64,000 nt of DNA from Felis catus. Lineage: Eukaryota. The notes below the pieces were generated by a model. That model had not been told where the DNA came from and ran no database searches. It worked only from the letters and a program-made list of their open reading frames with translations. This document shows, piece by piece, positions 25,461-36,838 of this stretch. The stretch spans positions 47,680,001 to 47,744,000 of the forward strand of contig NC_058368.1 of assembly GCF_018350175.1 (NCBI RefSeq), read 5' to 3'. Every line of letters starts with the position of its first letter. Within the stretch, counting starts at the first letter, position 1. The position numbers were made by a program, and so were the translations under genes.

Positions 25461-27367
25461 GATTGCTGTGTTGGCATAATATTAAGGTAAATGCTTCTAA
25501 ACAGATGGACAAAAACATATATTTCATTACCCCCACTCTATAGATCCCAAAAGTATCCTAAATTTAGCCAGTGTTTTTAGTTATTGTAGTAGAAGTATGT
25601 TATGCTTCCTTTATTTTCAAGGAGAATATAGTTTAGATGAGAAAAATTTTCATACATCTTTTAAACAAATTTTTGATACATTATTTTGTCTTTTGGGCTT
25701 TACTTTTATTTTTCTTATTTTATAGTTGAGCACTTTCCGATTCAAAAACATAACACTACCTAATACATTTAATTCTGTGACTAATGAAACAGGCTCTAAA
25801 CTGTAAGAAGCAGTTTAGAATCTAACAGATTGCCCCGAATGGAATGAGATGGAGTAGAATAAAAATGACTGTCCTCTTAACCCAGATACAATATAAAATG
25901 TTTCTTTTCTTCTAATAATGGAAATGCTTATATATCACTTATGGGGGGGGGGTAAGCTCTAAACATTTTAAATCATTCAATTCCACAGCATATAATATAA
26001 CAGTTGTTTCAATTGCTGACAACTTCATAAAAACTAATAACGTGTAGTTTCAAGCATAGAAAAAGAGTGAAAGTATAGGTTTTTTTTTTTCCTAAAATGC
26101 CCTGTCCTGTGGAATAAATGGATTCGGAGCAGAGAAAAAAAAATTAATTGCAATTTTGTCCTTCAAATAATCAAAACGTAAGCCCCCAAAGATGAGGATA
26201 AATCGTAGAAGCTGATCAAAAAACTTGAGTATCAGCTTTGCCGTTTTAGGGAAACGTTTCGAACACCTTTCAGTTAATTTATCATTATAGTTTCCTTCCT
26301 AGTAAAGCCAGGGATGGTGGGAGGACTGTTTGTCGTGACTTCTAAATATTTGTAAAACCTCGTATTATACTATTACTGTTTATTTATTATACACTATAAT
26401 TTTACTCTATCACCTTGTACTTAGCATGTTGATTCGTAAAACCTCGGCCTGGTCTTTGACACGTTGTCTGTAATTGTAAAAAACAGGAACAGAAGTTTAC
26501 CCTCTTATGGAACGGTGTGCTCGTGAATGTTTAACAAGCGGCTTCCAGGAAAAAAAGACCCAGATCTGGTAAGACCAGATTTCCATGGTGAGATGCCATA
26601 AATACCTCCCCCGTGGCCAGCATCAAACCACGACCGTGGCTCTGGGCACAGGTGCCTGCGGAGCTGCTTGGCGGAAGCTGATGGGTTGGAACCCACACAC
26701 TCCCGGGGCCCTGAGAGCGCAGCTCTGCGCGCCTTCCAACTCCTCTTGAGCTACTCCTTACGTTACTCTTACTTTTTACAGTTCCTTGGACTCCGCAGCT
26801 TTCTGTTCTCAGGGTTTTCACCACAGGCTTCTTCCTCCGCCTGGAAAACCGCACCCTCCTTTCCGGTTAGATCTCCGGCTTCCCATGCACTCGCACTACC
26901 GGAGAACTGGGGTCATGATACAAAATGTTTTGGGTTCTGTGTTAATGCAGTTCTTTAAACAAAAGTTTTCCAAACCACTGCCCTAGACAACACTAGGATG
27001 GGCACTGCCAGCGGATTCTCATTTTCTAGGTCTCCGATCGCCAGTCATGACCCCACCCCGGCCATTGTAGGCTAATTTCTTCCATCAGGTTACGGTCCAG
27101 TCCTTCCGGTCTGGGGGCCCGTGAACCTGCCTTCCAGTTGCATATCTGCTCTAACGCAGGAAACGTTGAGTCTATCGTTTCCCCGGCAGAGGACTACTTT
27201 ATTCTCATGTGCCGCGATACCTCCCCTCCGTACCAGCCACACAGATTATTTCATTTCTGTTGTTGAATGTTCCTGTTGTAATGTGATTTCGAAGTCCTCG
27301 TTCAGACTTCAAATGTTTCAACATCCCTCGTAAAAAAGAAAAGTGTACCTCATATCTTACCTGTGTC

Positions 27368-27680
27368 ATTATTTTTAGTGTTTATTTATTTTTGAGAGAC
27401 AGAGTGTGAGCGGGGGAGGGGCAGAGAGAGAGAGGGAGACACAGAAGCTGAAGCAGGTTCCAGGCTCTGCTGGATCCCACCAACTAGGAGATCATGACCT
27501 GGGTTGAAATTGGATGGCCAACCGACTGAGCTACGCAGGTGCCTCTTACCTATGTCGCTTAATACAATGGAAATGTGAGTCATTTTAGTCATCTTATAAA
27601 CATTGTCTTTATTTTTTTTAAGAGAATATTTTTAATGTTTATTTTGAGACCGAGAACGTGTGCAGGCATGAATGGGGGAT

Positions 27681-27711
<31 letters not shown>

Positions 27712-28278
27712 ATGAATCCCAAGCAGGCTTCGCGCTGTCAGCGCAGAACCTGTTGTGAGGCTTGAACTCACCAACCATGACATCAAGCCCTGGGGCAAAA
27801 TCGAGAATCCATTGCTTAACCAACTGAGCCACTCAGGCACCCCACCACTGTCTTTAAGTGATAGGATTTATTTATATCACTGTTATATATTTCCACTGAC
27901 ATCATTTTCAAGAAAGTACTATGAGATTCTCCATGGTCATATACTTATTAAGTCTTCTCTCTCTCCCTCCATTCCTTCTTCCCTCCTTTATCTTGCCTTT
28001 CTTTTACAACAAAACAAAACAAAACAAAAAGACAACAACAAAAAAACTTTCTAGGGCGCCTGAGTGGCTCAGTTGGTTAAGCGTCTGACTTGGGCTCAGG
28101 TCATGATCTCATGGTTTGGTTGGAGCCCCGTATCAGGCGGTCTTTGTGCTGACAGTTCAGAGCCTGGAGCCTGCTTCGGATTCTGTGCCTCCCTCTCTCT
28201 CTGCCCCTCTCCTGCCCACACTCTGTCTCTCCCTCTCTCAAAAATAAATAAACATTAAAAAAAATAAAAATTAAAAGA
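27368..28278. mobile_element. CanSINEs: 27368-27544 (-), 27628-27843 (-), 28053-28278 (+)
   Basis: SINE heads, CT/GA tracts and tails. Confidence 0.92.
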
Positions 28279-29218
28279 AGCTTTCTTCTTTTAATTTCCT
28301 TTAGTTAATATTGGTACCTGAATGAGAATGAGTCTGCTTTTGTATCTTCTTTGATCTTTTTTGTATCTTCTTTGACCTGTTGTATCAGGTATTTATTGAA
28401 TATGTATTTTCTATATCTAATCACACTTGATTCTCTGTTTAGTAACTATAGGACAATGAAAACATTTACTGAGAATCTAAAATTAAATACCTATCCCCTA
28501 AACCTTAAAAGTTCGTAGCATTTGTAATTCCTTAAACACCATCTGTTAGTGCTTTTAGTAAGCAAGTTGCTAATTTATATAGCAGAAATGTCACTAACAT
28601 TAAAGAATTGTGCTCTAAAATGTGTTTAGACATTCTAAACTACTGATGACTTCTCTCTCATTACTCTCCTCACTTATCTGCAGTACTGCACCCACAGTCA
28701 TAAATCTTCTGCCTCTTTTACTTCCAGTTCCTTCCATTTATTTCTGATATGATCATCTTGATTTACTATTATTGGTATGATTGGATCGTCATTACTGATT
28801 ACTTACTTGTACAGTTCCAGGATCATACTACCTGCTCTGTAAAATGTTACTTCCACTTTTATTTTCTTACTTCTAGTAGTCTATAAATTGTAAAAAGCGC
28901 TTTTCCTCAAGATGCTTTTCCTTGGAGCTACTACAAAGTTATCATCCTAAGGACCTGGAACAAATAATAAAAACCTGTATCTAATTCCGGTTACCTTTGG
29001 TGACTATGCTATGCCCATTAGAGAAAACTCTAGGAAGGTAAAGAACTTCCCCGCATAGTCACTGGTATCCTCAGAGCTTAGAACAATGCCTTACACATGC
29101 TGAATGGTTAATAAAGGATGGTTGAATCAATGAATCTGGGGACAGGGAGGGAGGAAACCCATGTCTTTCCTTGTGTGGCACTGAATGCCCACAAATATGT
29201 ATGTATTTCTTTTTTCTC

Positions 29219-30002
29219 TAAGATTTTATTTTTAAGTAATCTTGACATCCAACGCGGGGCTTGGATTCACAACCCCTTGGGGGTGAAGAGCTGCGTGTTC
29301 TACTGACTGAGCCAGCCAGGTGCCCCAAATATATATGTATTTTAATTAGTTGTAGACTTAACGGGTCCAGTTTCCATCCAGTTGGATCAAGGTGTATGCA
29401 TTGATCAAAATAAATTGTATGGCCAAAGACACCACATCTCCATGTGGGATCTTCAGTCACAAGTTCTTTATGTACCTGTTGTTTCAATAAAGGTGAAATA
29501 AAATTTAGCATGTGATTATTCTAGCAACTATTCATGCAGACAGGTGAATTGAGTATTAAAGAAAAAACACGGGGCACCTGGGTGGCTCAGTCGGTTGAGC
29601 GTCCAACTTTGGCTTAGGTCATGATCTCACAGTTTATGAGTTCAAGCCCCGCATCGGGCTCTGTGCTGACATCTCGGAGCCTGGAGCCTGTTTCAGATTC
29701 TGCGTCTCCCTCTCTCTCTATTCCTCTCCTGCTTGTGCTCTGTCTCCCTCTCTCAAAAATAGAAACATTAAAAAAAATTGTTTGTTTTTTATTTTTTTTA
29801 ACGTTTTTATTTATTTTTGAGACAGAGAGAGACAGAGCATGAACAGGGGAGGGTCAGCGAGAGGGAGACACAGAATCCGAAACAGGCTCCAGGCTCTGAG
29901 CTGTCAGCACAGAGCCCGACGCAGGGCTTGAACTCACAGACCACGAGATCATGACCTGAGCCGAAGTCGGCCGCCCAACCGACTGAGCCACCCAGGCGTC
30001 CC
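29219..30002. mobile_element. CanSINEs: 29219-29326 (-, short), 29571-29778 (+), 29791-30002 (-)
   Basis: The last two form a tail-to-tail inverted pair. Confidence 0.93.
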
Positions 30003-30500
30003 AAAAGTTTGTTTTTTTAAAGCATACTTATTTGTTTTGGTTTTATAGGATCAGGAGTAAGTGGTTTCAGCAGAACTGTACAGATGTTGATATGATTTTC
30101 TTTGACCTCACAAATAGTCTTGAATTTAATTTTTAAATACAAAGTTCTTTTTTAACCTATTCAATATGTAGACTCCTTAAATTCCTATTTTGAAGCTTAG
30201 GGTTCATTCCCTTCCTTGTCACATACACAATGGCCCCTCTGTATTCCATGTCTGTTTTCTTTTATTTAGAGCAATATCTGAAATTCTTATTTCTTTTATT
30301 TGTTCATAGGCTGTCCCTCCTAAATAGGACATACATACCATGAAAGCAGACCATCTTATCTGACCCTGCCATATCCCCAGCACATAAAAATTGCTCCTGG
30401 AAATTGTGTTGAATGGTAGGAAGAAAGGAAGGAAAGAAGGAAAATGGCACTTGTTTTCTGATTTTTTTTTTTCATATTGGATTTTGGTTTAAAAAAATGC

Positions 30501-30840
30501 CTTAGTCCAAATACCATAGACTGAGTGACCTACAAATATCAGAAATTTATTTCTCCATTCTGACTGCTACATAGTCCAAGATCAAGGCACAAAAAATTCC
30601 ATGTCTGGTGAAGTTCTACCTCTTGGTTCCTGGGTAGCTATGTCTTATTGCTGTGTCTTCACCTGCAGAAGGGGTTAGGGAGCTCTCTGGGGTCTGTTTT
30701 ATAAAGGCACTAACCATATTCATGAGATCTTGACCCTCATGACCTAGTCACCTCCTCAAAGTGCCACCTCTAAATACCACCGCCCATTGGGAATTAGATT
30801 TGAACATATGAATTCTGGGGGAAAACAAACAGCTGTAGCA
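30501..30840 (-). mobile_element. MLT1A-like MaLR solo LTR
   Basis: aaataccatagactgagtg...cagaaatttatttctc...gtccaagatcaaggcac...ccctcatgacctagtcacctc...aacatatgaattctggggg. Confidence 0.85.
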
Positions 30841-30849
30841 GAAAAAAAA

Positions 30850-33800
30850 ATTTTTTAAGTTTATTTATTTTTGAAAGAGAGAGAGAAACAGAGAGAAAGA
30901 GAGAGAGAGAGAGAGAGAGCAAGTGGGGGGTCGGGGCAGAGAGAGAGGGAGACCGAGAATCCCAAGCAGGCTCTGTGCTGTAGCAGATGCAGGCTTGAAC
31001 TCATGAACTGTGAGATCATGACCTGAGCCGGAATTAAGAGTTGGATACTTAACCAACTGAGCCACCAAGAGGCTCCACAGAAAAAATTTAGTAACGAATT
31101 AGTTAACCCCTCCTCCCATGTTACTCAGAAAAACAAGGTCATTTTTCATCTCCTTATCTTTACATCTTCTTTTTCCTCTGATCTCAAAAGAAGAGGTGTT
31201 TCTCCCTTCCAAGCTTAACACCATTATACTTGTACTTCATTACTTTAGCCTGAAGTCCATGGGTGGACATGTGAGGATCCTGGAAGACAGGAAAATAAGA
31301 AATGCAGAGGGCCACGGACAAAATGCCAACAAATACCGACATGTGAGGATAGGACAAAGGAAGGAAAAACATAGGAAGGAGAACCTATTCACTCTCATTT
31401 ACCCCTTACAATCTGGTTTCTGCCTAAACCACCAAATTAAGACTCTTCTCCCAAAAAGTGCTTAGTACACCTCCTATTACTTAACTTCTAAGTTTTCATC
31501 TCTCACTACTTCCTGTCTCAACCTGCTGGCCCCTTGAATAGTCATTCCTCAATGTTCAACCATGAGTGCTGTGTTTTATTTTTCTCTATTCTTCTTTGAG
31601 GAAAAAAAGCATTACAGAGAAGTAAATGTATCCTCCCTTGCCTTCCTCCCACCCACTTCCACATCTTTTACAAGGAGGAGTTTCCCCAAACATTCCTGCC
31701 TCTTTCCACCTCCTAATTGGTACTTTTTTCTTTTTTAATGTGTATTTATTTTTGATAGAGAAAGTAAAAGCAGGGGAGGGACAGAGAGAGAGGGAGACAC
31801 AGAATCTGAAGCAGACTCTGAGCTGTCTGCACAGAGCCTGATGTGGGTCTCGACCCCACGGCCCACCGTGGGATCATGACCTGAGCCAGCATCAGGTGGC
31901 CCAACCGAATGAACCACGCAGGCACCCCTGGTATGTCTTATTTAAGGAGCTGTGCTTGTATTGTTTTCCTTTTCCTGTTCATTTTGCCCACAAAAGAACC
32001 AGCCCATTCTACTCCTGGGACAGTTCCCTGCCCGTCTTATTCTAAGTCACAGTCATCACCGTGTGGCTGAGGGATAAGTCAGACATGGTGGGATAGAGGT
32101 AAGGGCTAAGGGCTCACTTGGCCTTCACATTAAACTATGTCCTCCAATATAGATAGCATTTATCCATAAGAAAGATGGTATTTTAAATCTTAGCCTTTTC
32201 TTTCCCTAACCTATTTGTTCAGACCCTGCCTGGGCAGAAAGAAGCTATTTATTGAGCCCCACACATCTCCACAACATTAAAGATTTGTTTATTTATTTTA
32301 TTTTATTTATTTTAAGTAAGCTCTATGCCCAACATGGGGCTTGAACTCTCAACCCCTTACATCAAGAATCACATGCTCTACCAACTGAGCCAGCCAGGAA
32401 CTCCAGAATTTTTTTTTCCTTTGAAAGAGATCTGTATACTCATATTGTGATATAGTGTAAAATGCCTTTTTCACCCTTTCTCTTCCTGAGATAACTATCT
32501 GGTCTCTGTTCAAACATACAGAACTTGTTTCTCCCAAAAGAGTCAGTGAAGAATACAAGGGGCTCCTAGATGGCTCAGTCAGTAGAACGTGCGACTCTTG
32601 ATCTTGGGGTTGTGAGCTCAAGCCCCATGTTGGATATGGAGCCTACTTTAAAAAAATAATAAAATAATAAAATAGGCACACGTGGGTGGCTCAGTTGGTT
32701 AAGCCTCTGACTTCAGCTCAGGTCATGATCTGGCGGTTCCTGAGTTCAAGCTCCACTTTGGTCTCTGTGCTGACAACTCAGAGCCTGGAACCTGCTTCAG
32801 ATTCTGTGTTTCCCTCGGTCTCTGACCCTCCCCCACTCATGCTCTGTCCCTCTCTAAAAAATAAACAGTAAGGGGCGCCTGGGTGGCTCAGTCGGTTGGG
32901 TGGCCGACTTCGGCTCAGGTCATGATCTCGCGGTCCGTGAGTTCGAGCCCCGCGTCAGGCTCTGGGCTGATGGCTCAGAGCCAGGAGCCTGCTTCAGATT
33001 CTGTGTCTCCCTCTCTCTCTGACCCTCCCCCGTTCATGCTCTGTCTCTCTCTGCCTCAAAAATAAATAAACGTTAAAAAAAATAATTAAAAAAAATAAAC
33101 AGTAAAAAAAAAAGGTTTTAATAATAATAAAATAAAAAATAAATAAAATTAAATAAATAAATAAATAAATAGACCAAAAAGCCTTCATCACTTTGGGAAA
33201 AAGGTGTCGGTAAAATATATTTGTTAGTACAACTGTATTTTTTTTTTAACATTCTAAATGATGACAAGTATTTTTCTCAGAAAATGGATGAAAGGAATGA
33301 GTCAACTATTGTCACGTGACTTTCAAATTCTCTCTGTAGCCCAAAGGATACTTGGAGCCTCCTCTGCTTTCAGTCCCATGTTACCAATTGTCTACAGAAT
33401 ATTCTTTCTTTATTTTTTTCATTGCCCTACACATTTTTAAATTCTTTGAAACTTTTTGAGTTTAAATAGAAGTTGTAAGAATAATGCAAATAATTCTCAT
33501 GTATCCCTTGGCCAGATTCTCCAAATGTCAACATTTTATCACATTTGCTTTATCTCCCTCCCCCCTTTTTTGTTAGTGTTGTTCTGAACCTTTGAGAATA
33601 CTTTGAAGATATGATTTCCTTTCACTGCCAAATGTTTCAATGAACATCTCGTAAGAGCAAGAACATTCTTTCACATAAGCACAGGACAATGATCAAAATC
33701 AGGAAATTAACATTGATACAATACAATTATCTAATCTAAAGACCTTATTCAGATCTCACCAATTGTCCCAATCATGACCTTGATGGCAAGAAAATCTCTT

Positions 33801-34646
33801 GATTATTCACTGCATTCCATTGTCCTATCTTTTAAATCTCCTTTAATCTGGAATAGTTCCTCAGTCATTCTTGGTCTTTTACAACACTGATGTTTCTGAA
33901 GAGTACACAGCAGTTATTTTGTAGACTGTCGTTCAATTAAATGCTACTTTGATCTTCCCCATTTGCTTTAATGTGTCCTTGGACATTTTATGAACATTTT
34001 TAAAAGATGTTTATTTATTTATTTTGAGGAAGAGAGAGTATGTGAGCCGGGGAGGAACAGAGAGGGAAGGAGAGACAGAATCCCAAGCAAGCTCAGTGCT
34101 CAGCACAGAGCTGGATGCAGGGCTCGATCTCACAAACAGTGAGATCATGACCTGAGCCGAAGTCGAGAGTCGGACACTTACCCAGGCACTCCTTATGAAT
34201 ATTTTCTGTGTTCATATTCCAGCAACACTTCTTACTAGATGATGATCACTTAACCTCTCTGAGTCTTAGGTCTTCATCTTTAAACTGGGATAATTATACA
34301 TGCCTAATGAGTTATAGAGACGATTAAAGGAAGTGATGTATTTAAAGAGTTTACCCTCCAAACTCATCAAGTTGTATGTATTAAATATATACAACTTTTT
34401 GTACACCAATCATACTTTGATAAAGTGTTTGTTTGCTTGTTAGGTTTATTTTTATTTATTTTGAGAGAGAGAGAGAGAGAGAGCAAGTGGGGGAGGAGAA
34501 GAGAGAGAAGGAGACAGAACCCCAAGCAGGCTCTGCCCTGTCAGTGCAGTGCCGGATGCGGGGCTTGAACTCACGGACAATGAGATCACAACCTGAGCCA
34601 AAGTCAAGAGTTGGATGCTTAACCAACCGAGCCACCCAGGCACCCC
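30850..34646. mobile_element. CanSINEs: 30850-31075 (-), 31723-31928 (-), 32280-32404 (-, short), 32559-32673 (+, short), 32675-32871 (+), 32872-33089 (+), 33997-34192 (-), 34436-34646 (-); old L1 piece ~33450-33940 (-)
   Basis: SINE motifs; L1M-like caaaatcaggaaattaacattgatacaatac. Confidence 0.88.
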
Positions 34647-34804
34647 TAAAGTGTTTGTTTTGGTTTTGTTTTTAAGAAATTTACCCAAGGCATGTTACAA
34701 AGTCATTTGCTTTTCATGTGATTTGATTTCGCAGCTCTTTATCATCTGGCCACCCTTACATAAATGTATTCTAATTTCCCTGTGTGTCTCTAAAAACGTT
34801 CTAG

Positions 34805-34964
34805 AAGGGCACTTGTTGGGATGAGCCCCTGGGTGTTGTATGTAAGTGATGAATCATGGGAATCTACTCCGGAAGCCAAGACTACAGTGTGTACATGGTA
34901 TGTTAGCTAACTTGACAATAATTTTTTTAAAGGACACATAAAATAAAATAATAATAATAATAAT
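34805..34964 (+). mobile_element. Very short carnivore L1 3' end
   Basis: gggcacttgttgggatgagc...gtaagtgatgaatcatgggaatctac...tatgttagctaacttgacaata plus A-rich tail; same family as the copy at 40.5 kb. Confidence 0.85.
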
Positions 34965-36502
34965 GGGGTTCCAGAACTACATAGAACTCACCTAAATAAT
35001 TGTCATCCTCATCAGACTATTCACTACTATTGAACCTGTAGTCAGTTAAAAGCCCTAAATTTTTTCTGCGTAAACTTTTTACTCTTCTTAGTAGTATTAG
35101 TCTCATTATTGATACCACTACCAATGTCAGTACTTATTGACCCGACCACCTGTATGTGTCAGGATCAGCACTGGGACGCGCCCTTAAATGGGCCCCTTTC
35201 TATGATGTAATTCTCCCAACTCATGAGGTAGCTATTACCTGCATTTTTGATGTAAGAAATCAGATTTAAATTGCTTACATCACAGGCCTTATAGAAGCGC
35301 TGGGATTTAGTCCCAAATGGATTTTTTCAGAACATAAGTATAGCCTTTTTTAAATTTCTGTATTAAGTATCATTTTTAATTTCTACTCATCGTCCTAGGC
35401 TTTTGGAACTTTTCTGATTCCTGGTTTTGCCATCAACGTGTATAAGCTTTTTTCCCAACTTAGCTCTTACGTGTTTTCCCGCAAGTCATTGATTAAAATG
35501 TTGTTCAAGAGAGAACCCTGTGATAAATGCTAACATTTCCTTCTAGGTTGAAATAAGTCACTCTCTGGGTATAGTTTTTTCAAACAACTATAAATAAATC
35601 TTGCTGGATTGTAGGCTGCTTTACCTATAACCATCTTATGCACAAGAACAACTAAAGATATTTTTTTCTCATGCCCCTGGCTTCCCCCTGGCTATGAATC
35701 TAATAGCACCTCTGGGAAAGAAAAAATGCTTGTCTTAGTTTGGCCCAACTTGTTTATATTGAAATAATATTGGTCCCTAGTGACTGTTCCTTTTCTTCTT
35801 ACAAATCTTCTCTTTAACAAACTATTCTAGAATTTTGCTGGAAGTGAATCCAAACAATAGCAGTTTCCAAAATTCTGGTCCCTGTCTAACAATGTCACTG
35901 AGTTGCTATATGACCTGGAGAAGGTCACTCTTAAAGAATGAGAACATTAAACCTACCATTTATTAAGCTCACTGTGCTAACTACATGTATTTGATTTGGG
36001 CACAATGTATGCAGTAAATGTTACCTCTGTTTGACAGATGAGACTAGTAAGACTTGAAGAGATTTTCAAACTTACCTAAAGTCACTCAGGTTATAAATGG
36101 TGGAGCTGCGAGGTACCTTGTCTCAAAGTGCCAGATTGTTGCAAACTCCTTATGCTGTGATCTATTTTAGGACGTTCTGCTGCTACTAACTGTTCATTTG
36201 TACCAAATGGTATAGACTAAAAAGTAGATTTGCTTGAGCATGTAAGCACTCCCTACCCAACTAAATCAGCAGCACACCAGAAGGCAACAATTCCCCAAGT
36301 GTTTTTCAAAGGAACACTCGGTCCCTCCAACAGCCTTAGGATAAAGCAGTCCTTTCCAGTGTTGGGCAAACGGCTCTTGCTACTGTGATTCTCCTGGAGA
36401 TTCAAAGGGTTCCAATGAGCCCTTTAGAAAAGAACTCATCTAACTCTCTTGGACCACAGAGCTAGTTTCATGAAGCAAATATGGGTTAAACTGTTATAGG
36501 TG

Positions 36503-36505
<3 letters not shown>

Positions 36506-36541
<36 letters not shown>

Positions 36542-36543
36542 GT
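36506..36543. repeat. (GT)n microsatellite
   Basis: Direct inspection. Confidence 0.95.
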
Positions 36544-36615
36544 TTAATTTTTACTCTTTGGAACTCCAAGGATGTCTATCCAAAGATACAATGAGGTTTA
36601 AAAACATATATTCTT

Positions 36616-36838
36616 GGGGCGCCTGGGTGGCTCAGTCGGTTGAGCGACTGACTTCAGCTCAGGTCATGATCTCACGGTTTGTGAGTTCGAGCCCCGTGTT
36701 GGGCTCTGTGCTGACAGCTCAGAGCCTGGAGCCTGCTTCTGATTCTGTGTCTCCCTCTCTCTCTGCCCTCTCCCACTCATGTTCTGTCTCTCTCTCTTTC
36801 TCTCTGTGAAAAATAAATAAACATTAAAAAAAATTTTT
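36616..36838 (+). mobile_element. CanSINE with TSD aaacatatattctt
   Basis: Full head, CT tract and tail; flanking direct repeat. Confidence 0.95.

Noticed and set aside
26505..26986. Overlapping 63-107 aa ORFs in the CpG-rich patch as a possible retrogene
   Set aside because: No recognisable protein, poly(A) tail or TSD; raised GC explains the ORFs.
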